Positions 1 through 14,173 are shown, counted from the stretch's first letter. The stretch: DNA of 64,000 nucleotides from Podarcis pityusensis (GCA_964106645.2 OZ067045.1), one strand, 5' to 3'. Notes: generated by a model not told the origin, from the sequence alone. Translations and numbers: made by a program.

Positions 1-3000
1 ACTTACAATTCTTGTCAGAAGAGGAAAATCTTCAGTAGGTGCAGAAGAGACAACAGGGACTTTGCCAGTCTATTATTCAAGGGGAAAGGATTCCAGAGGG
101 CAGGTGCCACAACACTAAAGGCCCAATTCCTACATTCTACAGAATGGACTTCCTAAGAAGATGGTATCTGCAAAAGGTATCTGCAGCATGCAGTGATTGG
201 TTGGTTGTATAAAGGCTGAGACAATCTAAAGAAGTGGGGTCTGACCCATAGAAACTGATGCCACAATAAGCCTGCTAAGTCTTCAAGGTGCCACACATTT
301 TGTTGTGTTGCAGGGAAACTACTAGAGAAACTACAACAGCCTTCTCCAACCTGGTCCTTTCCAGCTCCTTAGAACTATGACACAGGCATGTTGGCTGGGG
401 CTGAGGGAAACTGCAGCCCCCAAAACATCTGGAGGGTACAAGAGGGGCTTGAACAGCTCTAGAATGACTCTGAGATCAAGAGAATCCCTGATGACAATTA
501 GTGATAGTATTATACAAGTGACTTTTTGCAACTACGCTTATCTGACTGTTGTTGACAAGCCCTGTTGAGAGACAGTGAAAAGCCTGCAGTAATTAGCAGA
601 CACCATTAACAACTGTGAGGCTCTGAAGAGCAGAAGGGCTCATGAGTCATGCCCCATCAGTGAGAGTATCTAAAGCCACAACTGAAATGAGACCCTAAAT
701 GAAACAATTCCTTTCTTTATTGAACTAGAGAAAGCCATTAATATTCCAAGAGAGCTTTCAAACCACTGATGGCAACAGCTAGGACTGGCCCTACTGTTAG
801 GCAGAGGGAAACAGTCATCTCAGGCGGTAAATGCTGAGGGGTGCAGAGCTGTGTGCTCTATGAGGTTGCCACTACATTGCCTCGGCTAGCCTCCTGCCTT
901 CAACTGCAGTAATATAATAATAATTTATTATTTATATGCCACCCATCTGACATGGTTGCCCCAGCCAATCTGAGCAGGTCAATAGAGAACGTGGCCCCAT
1001 TGCTCTTGCTGAAGTAAGATTCAAGTGTCCATCTGGTTGGTTCCGGCACCTGGAATGAGAGGAGGCACCATCTTGTCCTTTGACTCAGGCAGCAAACTGT
1101 TTTGGGGCCAGCCCCGGAGGCAACACTGCACAAAACACAAGAGAACCCACAGAGCCGTGCAATGATGCCATCAGCAACTGCGTGTGAAACCCATGAACAG
1201 AAATACCAAGTTCCAGAAAGGTAGCAGCTGTGTGTCAAGCCTGCTGCAGCAAGAACAAGTAGTGTTGTGGCACCTTAGTCACTTATGGCAGAAGTGCTTG
1301 AGGATCAGAATTCAATAAATCAGATGCAAAATGTGCACGACAGCACATCCATGCATCTGACCAAGCAGACTTTCCTCCATGCAAACCTATGCCATAACAA
1401 GCCTGGAAACACAAATACCATCTATTACTCAACAGTCTGAAGGCCTCCAGGTCCTTGCATGTTTTATAAACAGCAACTGAACTTGAGTCAGCAAACTGGA
1501 CATTGGAATGAGATGTACTGAGCTATATGTGTAAAGATAGATGAATGTATGATGGTTCTTGTATTGTCAACATGAGCCGCCTTTTTTGTTTGCTGTTGTT
1601 CCCCCCTTAACCCCCCTTCCACTTTTTCTTTTATCTTCATTAATAAATTTGCACACACCAAAAAAAATGTATGCCATAGCAAATTTGCTTATCTTTTAAA
1701 AGTACCTCAAGACATCAAAATCACCCTGTACTGGTCCTAAAATGCAGAGGAAAGACCCATTGCCAACAGTGACATTCAGGACTATGAGTTGCATTCAGCT
1801 AAGTCCTACTCAGAGGAGACCAACTGAAATCAATGAGCCTGCCTAAGTTGCTTGCATCCACTAACTTCAAAGGGTCCACTCAGAGTAGGACTAGTGTGGA
1901 ATACCAGTGGGTAATTCCCACTGCAGTTCCTCCTCCCAGCTTGGAGATTTGTGACTGCAGAGATGCGCCTGCTTAGCCGCGACCTCTCTGGAACAAGCAC
2001 CGGAATTTATGCTGGGAAAGAACAGACTCTTCCGACTCTGTGCACATCAGGCATGGAAAGGTTTGGAGGTCAAAGCCATCTCAGTCCATCTCTGAGCTCT
2101 CATCACTTAGTGGAATCTGACGCGCCCCAAAGCCATTAGCAGAGACCCCTCCGTATGCCATTACTGGAAATAGCTTCCTTCTTCCCTTCCCCAAGAGGCT
2201 TTGGCAGCAGCAGAGGAGAGCAAGTGGGTTTGCCATGCCTCCTTCCACAAGCAAGGCAGCTCCTAATGGTCACGTGCGCATGCAGGGCTGGAATCAAAAG
2301 GTCTGCTGGGGCCTCTTAAGAGCGCACAGCAGGGGCTGAAGAGGCAGGCAGGGCCCCATCACATCCTGCAACCTACCCCTGAAGCCTTAACTCAGCCTTT
2401 GAGTCAGTGCAGTCACTGGAGCAGTTAATCCCCGGCCAGCCACACCTCAACAAGAACGAAGGAGTTAGCAATTAACCTCTTATATTTCACTCGGCTCTGG
2501 ACTGGGGCTCCAACTCCAGCCCTCCATTGAGTGGGCAGCAGGGGCAGAAGCTTGTTCTGCCTCTGAGGGACAGGGGCACAGGAAGCCCTTGGTGCTGCTG
2601 CTGAGCCCAACAGGAGAAAGAAGAGATGGCACAGGGGCTGCTCCTGTGCCCACATGGGGAAGCAGTTTTCGGCCCACTTCACAGCAGGTAACAGGGGAAC
2701 AAGCTTACAGTGCAGCCCTGCCCCCCACCATGACCTCCCCCTTTCTCCAGCATGCATGGAATTCGCTCCCCCCTCTCTCCCTCTGCGCTCTTATCTCAAG
2801 GCCCCTCCATTATGGAGGTCAAGCTGTGCAAAGAGGTGAGGAGAGCTGCAGCTACAGCAGATTAAACCCTCCTTCAGCAACTCAGTAAACACCAGGCAAA
2901 TTCTGGAAGGGGCAGGGAATACAGCCAGGAACCCACCAAGGTTCCTTGTCCTATGGAGGACAAGGCTGAACAGAGCCACCTTCGAAGGAAGGTTTGCTTT

Positions 3001-5949
3001 CTGTTGCAGAAAGCAAATCGGCATAACAGCTTTGATAAAACTGGGGGGCGGGGGCGGGCGGAGAGATGCTACAGTAATTTCAGCTAATCCACTCGCAACT
3101 GCCAAAGTGTTCTGATGAGTTTCCGTCAGGTATCAGTTTACCCTGGCCCTTGACATCATACACACACATTCCAGGACCAACTTGGTAGTTCGTTTAAAAG
3201 TTTTTACTGAATACTGAAGTGCTGTAACCCACCCTGGGAGCCTACGGTGAAGGAGCAGGTAAGATATCATCACCAGTATACAAAAGAAGACTTTAAGAGT
3301 GCAAAAGCATAAAGAGGAATCTGTAGCAGAAACATACAGATTGCACAGCAGCTACACTGACCGGCCAGGAAGTCTTGCTACTGAGTCTCAAATATACATG
3401 CTGCAATTATTTAGCTGAAATTAAAATGTACTCTGCACATGAACAAAAGCTCTAATTACTTTGTATGCATCATAGCCAAGCCCTGGCTTTAAGTTACACC
3501 TTGGGCATGGATAAGGAGGTATTCCTGCCCTATATGACTGGAAGTTGCACTCTGGAGAGTAACAGACACTTTCAGGAGCTGCAAACTTCCTCCTCCTCCA
3601 AGATCCAGAGGCTACCATGAGCAACAAACAATGAAATCATAATGCTATACAACTTGGACCATCTCCCTGGGGTAGCAGAGAAACAGAGGCCAATCTATAG
3701 AGATTAAGTCAGCCAGGATTTCCTCGTTGTGCTCTAGCACTGAGCTGGCACATACCGGTAATCGGGCAAATCGAGAATTCCCCACCATACAGAGGGGAAA
3801 TCAGATGAAAGTTTTGTGAACTCGAAACTGGGGCTACAGAGCCTCCCACCAAACTATGCAGGGAGCCCAGGTTCTGACCTAAAGGACACAAACATTTGCA
3901 TTGCAAGGCCTTTTAATTGGCTTTGGGTGCCAGCCAGCAAACTGTGTGCAGGTTGGATTAGGCCACGGCTGGGTGAACAGGTCACTTTCGAACACTGGAA
4001 GGTCTTGCTGAGCGAGGACGGCCAGCTCCAGTGTGCCAGTACTCTCTCACTGCTCATGCCACTGCCTTTCATTCCCAACCCCAAGGCAGGTGGAAGGAAT
4101 TCTGTTTGGGGAGGCGGAGGCAGGGAGAGCTGGTTGCTTGCAGCAGAAGGGGCAGTTTCGGTCTCTGGGAGAGTTAAGTCACTGGCACAGAGAGAGTTAA
4201 ACGGATTCCTGCTCCTGGCAGGGGTGACCGAGAAAAGGAGACAGACCAGCCTCTGTTCCATGCACAATGTCCCTGTTTCACAAAACAACTAGACACACAT
4301 TTGCTGGCAATTAGGATGCCATGCCGAACAGCTAGGCCAGCCTGCCTGCCCCCCCGCCGCCCCCATCAACATCATCTGGAGCAGCAGACCTCAAGAAAGA
4401 TGGAGGAGGATGGAGAGAACTTCAATGGCATCACGCAGCAGGTGCCTGGGGGGGGGTCTATCACGAAATTTAGGTAGCACCCACCTTCAGGAAAGAACAC
4501 AACATTCTCATCCATCAGTGAGTGGAACAGAGGAAGCCATAATGTAGGACATCAGCCAAGCCCAGTTCTGTTGGTCCAAAGGCTGCAAAGGCCCATCTGC
4601 TCCTTGTTACAGGAATTCAAGTGGGGCTCAGGGAGATCAGCCTTGAGGGCACAACAACCTCCTCTGGAAAAGCTGCCGGAGAAGCAGGAATGGTGCCGTG
4701 ATGACTGGGGAATCCTGGGTTCAAATCCCCATTCAGCAGCCAAGCTCATTAGGTGAGCTTGGACTTTTCACTCTCTCAATCAACCTAGCCAATCAACCTC
4801 ACAGAGGTGTTGAGAGGATAAAATAGGGGGCAAGTGGCCAGGACAACTTATTTGGAGGAAGACAGGATAATTACAATATCAGTAACTATTATTAACGATA
4901 GCAATAAGTATGAAGAGTAATGATAAGCCTCAGTCCCTATAGAAGCAAATTCCATCTTGTCCCACTGTAAGCTTATACCAAGAGGCAAAACTTGGCTGAA
5001 GCTTATTCAGGCAATGGATTTGGTGGTGCCTATGGAAACAGTAAAACAGTAAAACAATTTAACTGTAGAATGATGGAGCTTCGTTTCATTTACAATTCTT
5101 CAGAAAACCAAATAACAGTTCCAAAGATCTATACTGATTTGTGGATCATGTAATAATGTGTTCTATAGATGTATAAGTTGTGGGTATGAGAATACAAGTT
5201 TTCATAATGTATTGGGGGCGGAATCCCTGGGGAAATAAACAATTGATTTTTTAAAAAAAATTAATGTAATTATTGTTTTTGCTGCGTACAAACAACATTG
5301 GGGATTTCTCCCTCAGATGTCAGAATTGCAAACCCTTTGGGCCAACTTCCACCAAAGCACCTCCAACTTTTTTGAGGTTAACTGGCAGCGGGGGGTGTGT
5401 GTGTGTGTGCATTTCATGAGCAACCTTTGGGGGCCTTAAGCACAGAAGGAAGAAAAAGATGGGACTAGAGAGAGAAAGTTGGGCAAATGAGAGAGACTAT
5501 GCTAATGCCAAAGCAACCAATTTGTGGTTATGCTGGGATTTGAATTGCAAAAAGGCAAGACAAGGGAGGGGGGTTATCAGAAGATGGGCTAGGTAATGAG
5601 GGTCGCAAGAGTTATGGGAATCAACCCACAACAACTGAAGTTCCTTTATTGCCTTGCCAGGAATTCCATTCCTTTGAGTTGGTCATTTCCAAGCCACACC
5701 TTGTGGAAAACCAACTCATCACCGACCCCCTCCGACAGCACAGCTTCACAAGCACCTGGCGGGGGAGGGGAGAGCACATGGCTGCGCAGGAATAAGCCCT
5801 ACCCCGCCCCCCAGGCCCAACCAGGTACCCATCAAGGGCCATCAGCCCAGGATTATCATGCACAATGGCTGGGGACAAAGCATCTCACCAGGAGTAAGCC
5901 GGAAGGAAGCAGACCCCCCCCCCATTCCAGGACACTTCAAACAGTACTG

Positions 5950-7260
5950 CCACGCCAGGCGGAACGCGGCCACCTCAAGGGCCAGAGGCCACGGGCGAGT
6001 GACGCTTGCCAACCCCACTCGTAGCTCTCAGAAACGGCGGGATCGGAGAGGCAGTGGTCAGCCCGCAGTCCAGTTTGTAAGAGTAGGAAAAAAGACTAAT
6101 CCAGTGGATTAGAAAAGCAGCGCCCGGGGCTGCAGGAGGAGCCCGTCGCAGCCGTCGCCCTGTCGCAATCTTCGAACCGGAGCCCTCGAGGCGCTCTGCC
6201 GAGATGGATCTCACCCCCGCCCCACCCCATAAACGATACTACGGGAAATCGAAATAACACCAGCACAGGGAAAAGATCTGCCAGGAGACCTCGGGGGGCA
6301 ACAAAGCCGGAGGAAGAGCAGAAGAAGGGACAGCCAAAAAAAGACGCGAGCGCGCCCAGACGCCACAGAGAGGGGCTCACTTCAGACAAAATACTCGAAA
6401 TCGTGCAATCGCCTCCCCTGGCCCAGCACGCAAAGCCCCCAGTCCTCTTCCAGGTCCGGCAAAGTCATCAGACGGTATCCCCCTCTACCCGCGCGCGCCG
6501 CCGCCTTCTCACCTTGGCCCAAAACGTGTCCCCGGGGCAGGTCTCCGTCCGGCACCTCGAAGGTGAAGACTTTGGAGGTGAAGCCAGCGGAGCAAGGTTG
6601 CGTCGGGTCCGCTAGCAGAGTCCCCACCTGAGAGGGGTAAACGGAGGGACAGTCAGGCACCTGAAGCCTCAGGGAAGCGGGAAAGGGAAACGTGACCCTG
6701 TGCCCCCCTCCCCTCGAGGAACAACATCTCGCCCAAGGCACCGATGCGCCCCTCCGCTCTCCTTCCCCGGGATCTGCTGTTTACCGACACCGCCCTTCGG
6801 GGACCCGCTTAGTTAGGTACTCACCTCGAGGAGGAGAAACAAGAGGGGCCGCAGGCAGCTCCGCGGGAGCCCCATCGCCGCGACCCGAAGCTAAAGCGCC
6901 GCCGTCGGCAAAGAGAAACCTCGTCGGAGCTCCGGGCGCGTCCCGCGTTGCGTCGCCTGGAGCTGCCTGGGCTGAAGGAGGCCCCCTCGCGTCGCCCGCC
7001 TGCTTCGCCTGCTACTACCACTGCGGGGCTCCGCCCGGCCTGCCCGGCGCCTTTAAAGCCGCCGCGCCAGGTGAGGCTCCGCGGGCGGGGCTCCCGCTGC
7101 CACCGCCCCGGCCCCTCCCCGCTCGCCCGGGTCTTGCAAAGGCGGCCAGGGGGCGAGACCGGCTCCATCCCGAACGCTGCAAGGGGAGGGGGCTCTTCCC
7201 TCTCTCACACACACACATGAAACTTGGTGTCGACAGCTGTTTCGGTTACGCGGGGGGCGC
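5950..7260. promoter_or_regulatory. CpG island / promoter of the cadherin gene
   Basis: Dense CpG and high GC around exons 1-2. Upstream of the ATG lie TTTAAA (7052-7057), E-box CAGGTG (7068-7073, the Snail/ZEB-type motif known from CDH1 promoters) and GC-box-like runs (~7081-7120). Confidence 0.75.
6513..6875 (-). CDS. CDH3: Classical type-I cadherin (P/B-cadherin-like, CDH3/CDH1 clade), coding exons 1-2; rest of gene lies left of the window
   Basis: Exon 1 6875-6825 (51 nt, MGLPRSCLRPLLFLLLE, donor GTGAGT). Exon 2 6627-6513 (115 nt, VGTLLADPTQPCSAGFTSKVFTFEVPDGDLPRGHVLGQ, CAG acceptor, GTGAG donor). This matches the signal peptide and prodomain start and the 115-nt exon 2 of CDH1/CDH3. The MGLPR start and ~200-nt intron 1 favour CDH3, but CDH1 is not excluded. 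No exon 3 found in 1-6512, consistent with the known large intron 2. Confidence 0.75.
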
Positions 7261-9629
7261 TTTTCTGGCAGGGGGAGCCTCCTTCTTTATTCAGCACCCG
7301 CTCCCAAATTGCTTTCACCTCCCTACATCGCTTAACGCGATTTTAGCTTTCTGCATGTTTAACGAGGGTTCAGCTGGAGGCTGCATTTTTCAAAATAAAA
7401 AGTACCCAAAGAAGGAAATAAAACTTTTACAGTGATATGCTCAAAAAGGGATTGTCCAAATCTCTCTTTGGTTTCTCGCTCCCACTTTTGAGTCCCACGC
7501 CTTTGAGTCCCGTCCCGTCCCCCCCACGTTGTTGCAACTCTCCATGGGGCTCGATCCTGGCCATCCCTTCCTCAAGGCCACGTGGCTTCTCCCGCTAGGA
7601 GCCCCGGACCCCAAGGCACGAGCTCTCCCAGGTTGTGGGAGCTAAGATTTGCAAGGACCTGGATGTAGAGCACCAGTGGGGGAGCCCCCAGTCCAGGGAC
7701 CATCATTGCCCGAGTGGTAGAAGATCCTGGTAGGACTTTGTGGCAATTTGGGAGAGAGCGAAATGGGAGAGATGCTGGAAAGCGTCTCCAGCAGAGAGGC
7801 GCTGGGGTTTGAGCTTCCATAAACTGTGCCCTCCTTGAAGCTGGGACCCCGTGTTCTCATTCCTGTTTGAAGGTACCTGTGGACAGCTTCACAACAGTCA
7901 GAAAAGGCCCTTTTGCCATGCTCAGAGGCATAGCTTCCTTCACCTGTCGGGCTTTCCCAGCTAGAAATGAGTCCCCACATGCTAAGGTTTTAGACTACTT
8001 TTAAATTTATTTGTGTTTTTGTGTGGTTTTAACTCACTTTTAATTATCTTATGTGTAAATTACCTTGAGGTGGGGATTTATAACATGATTAATAAATCAG
8101 TGATGATGGTATTAATAATAAAGACACAAAACCCTAATCAAATCAGAAGATCCACAGACATTTTTTTAATATAAAAAACCAAAATGCCAAAAACATTATT
8201 TAAAGGTCACTTGTATTTCTTCTTAAAATATTAATGCTCTTTAATCAGTTTTCCAATGAATAGGCTAAAAACAGGTACTTGGGTAATATGAAACCACAGC
8301 TATAATATATGCAGGTAAGTGTGTTATGGAATCAATAGTTGGCAAAAGGCTGAAGGACTTTGTGTCCAGTTTGGGCCATGAAAATGGGCTCTTAGCAGGC
8401 TCAAGGCCTTTACAAGAATCATATGAGGGATGAGGAACATTGTGGCCCTTTGGGTGCTCTTGGACTTCCAGCTCCCATCAGCCTCCCAGTGCAATCAATG
8501 ACCTGGGCTGTTGATCTACATCTGGAGAAAGCCCACAGTCTCCCCAAGCCTTGGATTAGACAAATTCATGGAGGAAGAGCTACCTGCCTGTGACTGTTGT
8601 TGGCCACAATCACTACATGAAAACCTCCATGTGCAAAGGTAGTCTGCCTCTGAATATTGGTTGCTAGGGGGGCAAGCAACTGGGGTGAGTGCAGGGAATG
8701 GCCCATTGCTTTCTGCCTCACTTATCTGCTTGGGAATCAGGAAACAGGAAACTGTTCTAGAATGACAGAACCATTTAAACAAATCACACCAGGGAGAGAG
8801 CAGGTGACACCACCACTATGCCAAGAGAATGGCCTGCATATCATATACTCAGCCAGGTGTGAGGCAAACCACACACACAAGAAAGCATGAATGATAGCCA
8901 GATCATCCTGTGGCACAGTCAGCAATGACCCAGGCAACAGCAGGAGTGGTTAAGATTTTAGTGTTTTACTGTATTTGTATGCTGCTTGGAACACCCAGCA
9001 TGAGTGGAAGAGGCTGGATATCAATAAAAATAAACAAATATTTAACTGTGAGCCCGGCTAGTTTAGCACTGTCTACTCCTCTCCAGGATTTCAGAGAGAA
9101 ATCTCTCCCAAGCCCTTCCTAGAGATGGTGGGGACCATCTGAATGGAAAGCAGCTGCTGTGCCACTAAGCCATGGCCTTTCCCTTGTTCTTACACACTTA
9201 AAAAAAAAATCTCAACACTTGGAGGGAAAGCAGATGAAGCCACCAGGACACACAGCCCCATTAGGAGAAGAGGAGATACAGGCATTCCTGGAGGAAGGGT
9301 TCAAGGCCCACTGGGGAAGGAGAATCCAGCAGGGAAAGAGAGGTTCATTCAGGGCAGGCTATGAGGGAAGCCAGAGACACCTGTTTGACAGAACCAGCTT
9401 CCAGTAACAACCTGCATCTAGCACTTGGGTCTGGCAAGTTCAAGCCCACTTGGGACTATGGATTATCCTCCTACTCTAACATTTTCCATGTCTGGCCAAC
9501 ATCAGATTGTATTAGAGGAGGCAAAAGAGAGGATGTTCCTGGGAGCCACTGCAAGCTAAACAGGGCATCTCTCTAACCACCAAGCCACAGCACCAACAGC
9601 TGGCAATGGCACCATGGAGTATAGTCAAT

Positions 9630-10020
9630 AATAAGAATAAGAATAATAAATAATTTATTATTTATACCCCACCCATCTGGCTGGGTTTCCCCAGCCACAC
9701 TGGGTGGCTTCCAACAAAATATTAAAATACAATAGTCCATCAAACATTAAAAGCTTCCCTAAACAGGGCTGCCTTCAGATGTCTTCTGAAAGTCTGGTAG
9801 TTGTTTTTCTCTTTGACATCTGGTGGGAGGGCATTCCACAGGGCAGGTGCCACTACCGAGAAGGTCCTCTGCCTGGTTCCCTGTAACTTGGTGCCTCACA
9901 GTGAGGGAACTGCCGGAAGGCCCTCGGTGCTGGATCTCGGTGTTTGGGCAGAACGATGGGGGTGGAGACACTCCTTCGGGTATACTAGACCAAGGCCGTT
10001 TTGGGCTTTAAAGGTCAGCA
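9630..10020 (-). mobile_element. L2-like LINE 3' fragment
   Basis: AAT-rich tail followed by sequence (…ggagggcattccacagggcaggtgccactaccgagaagg…) resembling squamate L2 3' ends. Related shorter fragments at ~1-200 and ~915-975. Family call from memory. Confidence 0.55.
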
Positions 10021-11499
10021 AATCAAATCTGCTACATATCTATTGCTGAAAAATTACCGTAATTCAATCATTAAGTGATACTAGAGGACAAGCAAAAAAA
10101 GATTCATTTTCAAAGCATGCGGCAAAAATATATTGCTTATATTAATAATGATAACAGTGTTCAAATGCCCCCTGTGAAATATGCTACTATTTGGAATTAG
10201 TAGTAATGTTTCACTTTTAAGTGAGAATATCATAAGGCCTTGAGGTGAATATCGTGATCTTTTAAAAAAAATTGTTACTACTACCACCACCACCCCAACA
10301 CAAGTAAAGATAATTATTTTTCCCAGAAAATGTGAACAAAACAACCCAAATTTGGTAGTGTCTCTTTCTCTGTGTGTTTAATTTTTATTCAGTTCTGTTA
10401 CCTTTCTTTTTTCTTATATGTTATTGAATTATTTGTTCTTGCTTCAATAAAGGGGGGGGGGCAGCTAGCACAGTTAAAAGGATTCTATTTCCCATTAGTT
10501 CCTGAGTGCTGCTGAATGCCAGTTAATATGGCAGATGGATTTATTTTTTTTTGTTCCTGTAGGACTGTGCAAGCTTTAAAGTTACACAGAACAGTTCATC
10601 AAGATGGATAGGAAGGTAAGTGACTCTCAGGGCTGTGCAAAGAACAAGGCTGTTGCTCCTATAATGTTCACATTGCCTCAGTTGCCTTATGTTTAGCCTG
10701 GGGAGATTACACCCTCCAAGTGGGCAGGAATGGGCTGAAGAGAGAGTGTGTAGAAACTAGCTTTCTGCATGAAACTCATTGCACCGCCCACTTTTGCCTC
10801 AGACCCCACCCACCCCTAGCATGTGGCCCTTGGAAAGTTCCCCACAAGGGCATGCGGCCCTCAGGCTAAGAGAGGTTCCCAATGCCTGCTTTAAAGGTCT
10901 CTAAGGAGATCCTGACAGGAGAACCAGGAGGGTGCCTTTTCATGGCAGGCTGAGCTTTCCTTATTTGGGCACAGACGTGACACCTGAGGCCTCTCTGTGG
11001 CACAATATCCTGATGGAGCTCAGCTTTCATCAAGTTGCCACCTGCCAACTATATTTCCAGAGAAAGCATCCGACTTCCTCTCCCACACCTTCTGATCTGC
11101 ATTTCCTCGTCCATGAAAGCAGGGTAGACCGGCCGGAATGCAAACAGAAGGTGCTTCTCTCTCCCCTCAGCAGGCCAGAGGGAGCGGTTTCGGTTGTTTT
11201 GTATGCAATCCCTCCCTTCCCCCACCCAGGGCCTGTCCGTTGGTTCATGAGTGATTCCATCCCTTTGGCATTTGCAAACGCAGCCTTGATCTCCTTTTGC
11301 TCACAGCCCACGAGTCGGCTGTTCGTTCCAGCTCATCCATGCATGGCTGGCAGGATAAGCTGGGAGGTTTCCAGGTCCCTTTCCTCCCAACCCCCACCGG
11401 GCCACTGCAAGGCCTCCATGCAGCCATTGCCAACTAGGTGTCCTTCAGGTGCTTCGGACTACAACTCCCATCAGCCCCAGCCAGTATGGCCACATGATG

Positions 11500-11923
11500 C
11501 AGCGGCGTAGCGTGGGTTGTCAGCACCCGGGGCAAGGCAAGTAATTTGCGCCCCCTAACCCGGGGCAAGGCAAGTAATTTGCGCCCCCTAACCCCTAACC
11601 TGCCGCCGCTGCCAGCTTCTTCTTGCTGCTGCCTGGTCTGGTCTGGTGTGGTTCTCTCCCGCGCTCAGCGCTGCGCTGGGCGGCCGCTGCACTGTCCCTC
11701 CCCCAGATAGTCCCTCGCTCTCTCTCCGCACCGCACGCCTGGCACCCACCCCCTCCACAGTGGGCAGCGACCCAGCGGCTCGGATCGGATTCGCACAGCC
11801 AGCACTGCAGTGGGAAAAAGTGAGTGAGCCAGGTAGGGGCAGAGAGCTGCGAGTGCGAGCGCCCCCCCCCGATGTTGCGCCCGGTGCGGCCGGCCCCCCT
11901 GCACCCCCCACGCTACGCCACTG
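11500..11923. mobile_element. Non-autonomous hAT-type DNA transposon, GC-rich
   Basis: TIRs cagcggcgtagcgtggg / cccacgctacgccactg (1 mismatch). Perfect 8-bp TSD acatgatg (11492-11499, 11924-11931). Internal 33-bp tandem duplication at 11526-11591. Confidence 0.85.
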
Positions 11924-12041
11924 ACATGATGCTAATGGAAACAGCTGCATTGGCAGGGGCTGGTGGGAGTTGTAGTCCAAAACATCTGGAGGGAAAGGCT
12001 GCTTTGATGACAGGGTTGAACTGCAGTCTCAACATGAAGGT

Positions 12042-12150
12042 GGGAGCCAGTGTGTAGTGGTTAGAGCATTGGATTAGGACTTGGGAGACCGGGGTTCAAA
12101 TCTCCACTTGGCCATGAAGCTTACCATGTGACCTTGGGCCAGTCCTTGCT
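12042..12150 (+). mobile_element. tRNA-derived (MIR-like) SINE fragment
   Basis: A-box-like tgtagtggttagagc and B-box-like ggttcaaatc, followed by a core-like gtgaccttgggc segment. Confidence 0.5.
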
Positions 12151-12603
12151 ACAGACATCCTTCTTTCAACCAACCTTTCAAAAATCCTTATCCCAGTGGT
12201 TATCTGTCCTCGATCTGAACTGATGCTGTTATTTTAAACTGCATAGTTATTTTTGCTTTTAAAAATTGTTTTAATATGCAATTGTTTTTGACTGTCAATT
12301 CACCCTGGAAATAGCAATGAGGTCCTTACCCTTGGACGTGCCTGGTTATTATCATTTGCAGTAGTAGTATTAAAATTATTTATTTTCTTATTACCCACCC
12401 TTCACCAGCACTGTCAGATGTTTTAGTTATGTCCAGCAGCTTGGAGAAGACACTCTGAAGCTTCCCATTCTCCCTGCTCTCTCCCCCAGCCTTGCTCTGT
12501 ATAGTGACTAAGGCAGCTTGCACTTAAAGCTAATTATTATAAAAATCATAGAATTGTTAAGTTGGAAGGGTTCCTGAGGATCATCTAGTCCAACCCCCTG
12601 CAA

Positions 12604-12733
12604 NNNNNNNNNNNNNNNNNNNNNNNNNNNNNNNNNNNNNNNNNNNNNNNNNNNNNNNNNNNNNNNNNNNNNNNNNNNNNNNNNNNNNNNNNNNNNNNNN
12701 NNNNNNNNNNNNNNNNNNNNNNNNNNNNNNNNN
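12604..12733. other. Assembly gap (130 N)
   Basis: Run of N, flanked on the left by a CR1-type 3' tail (12547-12603, - strand). Confidence 0.99.
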
Positions 12734-12754
12734 CATGATATTCCAGGAGGGTTA

Positions 12755-13106
12755 AAGGTAAAGGTAAAGGGACCCCTGACCATTAGGTCCAGTCGTGGCT
12801 GACTCTGGGATTGCAGCGCTCATCTTGCTTTACTGGCCGAGGGAGCCGGCGTACAGCTGGTCATGTGGCCAGCGTGACTAAGCCGCTTCCGGCAAACCAG
12901 AGCAGTGCATGGAAACGCCGTTTACCTTCCCACCGGAGCGGTACCTATTTATCTACTTGCACTTGACGTGCTTTCGAACTGCTAGGTTGGCAGGAGCAGG
13001 AACCAAGCAACTGGAGCTCACCCCGTCGCGGGGATTCAAACCGCCGACCTTCTGATCGGCAAGTCCTAGGCTCTGTGGTTTAACCCACAGCGCCACCCGC
13101 GTCCCT
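12755..13106 (-). mobile_element. Sauria SINE, near full length
   Basis: (AAAGGT)n tail on + strand and typical Sauria SINE body (gggacccctgaccattaggtccagtc…gcgccacccgcgtccc). 14-bp TSD ttccaggagggtta at 12741-12754 and 13107-13120. Confidence 0.88.
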
Positions 13107-14173
13107 TTCCAGGAGGGTTACAACAACTTAAAATAAGTTAAGGCAACTGAGCTCAAGAGACTAAGGTTGGTCCTAAAACTTATATCCTCAACCAGTAGCT
13201 TGGCCAGTGAGTTACATCTTCAGTACAGGAAGAAAGCTGCATAAAGGTAGTGCCAGGTGGGGAGGGAATTCCACAGTTTTGGGCTGCCATAGAGAACTGG
13301 GCGGGTGGTGGAACTACCAAGAGGGCCCCCCTGCCAATCTTAATGTCCAAGAGGGTGCAAATATAAGGTGGCTGTGCTTCAGATACTGGAGCCTAAGTTG
13401 CTGTTGCTGAGGGTTAAATAAGGGAACTGCTTCCACATAATGGCATTAGCAGGTAAATGGATCAGGCAGACCTGGAACTGCAATTTCATTTGTGCAAAGC
13501 CAAACCCTCCTTGCCCCTCCTGGTATCATGCATGGTGAATAGAGAGTGGGGTCACTCACTGCCCCCATCTCCCTCTTTTTTCACAAGCGCATTTTCAGCC
13601 TCTGTGATATGTTCTGACAGAGTGAGGTCTGTGGCAAGTCTTTGCGCAGCCAAGCCATCTGCTTCCCATCCTGGAGAGCAACTGGGCTCCAAAGGACAGT
13701 AAGTGGGGTTTTTTTAATTTTAAAAAACACCAAAAACTTATTGTATTTATATCTCACCTATTTCTCTAGGGAGCTTAAGGTAGCATAAACCTTTTAAGTG
13801 GGGATCTTTATCACAGTCTGCATCTCTACTGGAACTATTTTTAAACACGGAATTGTGTTGTTGTTTTTTAAATGTGCATTGTTTTATGTAGGGAACTGTT
13901 CTGTTTGTTTTGTAATTGTATGTTTTATTGTTGCGAGGCAACCTGGAGCCTTGTGGTAAAGGACAGTCCAGAAATCGAATTAATTAATTAAATATGCTTT
14001 GGCATTGGACTTTGATCCATAAAACAAAAACCAACACCCCCCACCCTTACATAGAGATACTAGGTTGTCGCAGGAGACTCCAAGGCCCAGCAGGCCTTCT
14101 GAGGAAGAGCAGACTGATAGAATAACTCTTTGACATACTCTGTCTTTTCATGTTTAATGTTCCTAGGAATAGT

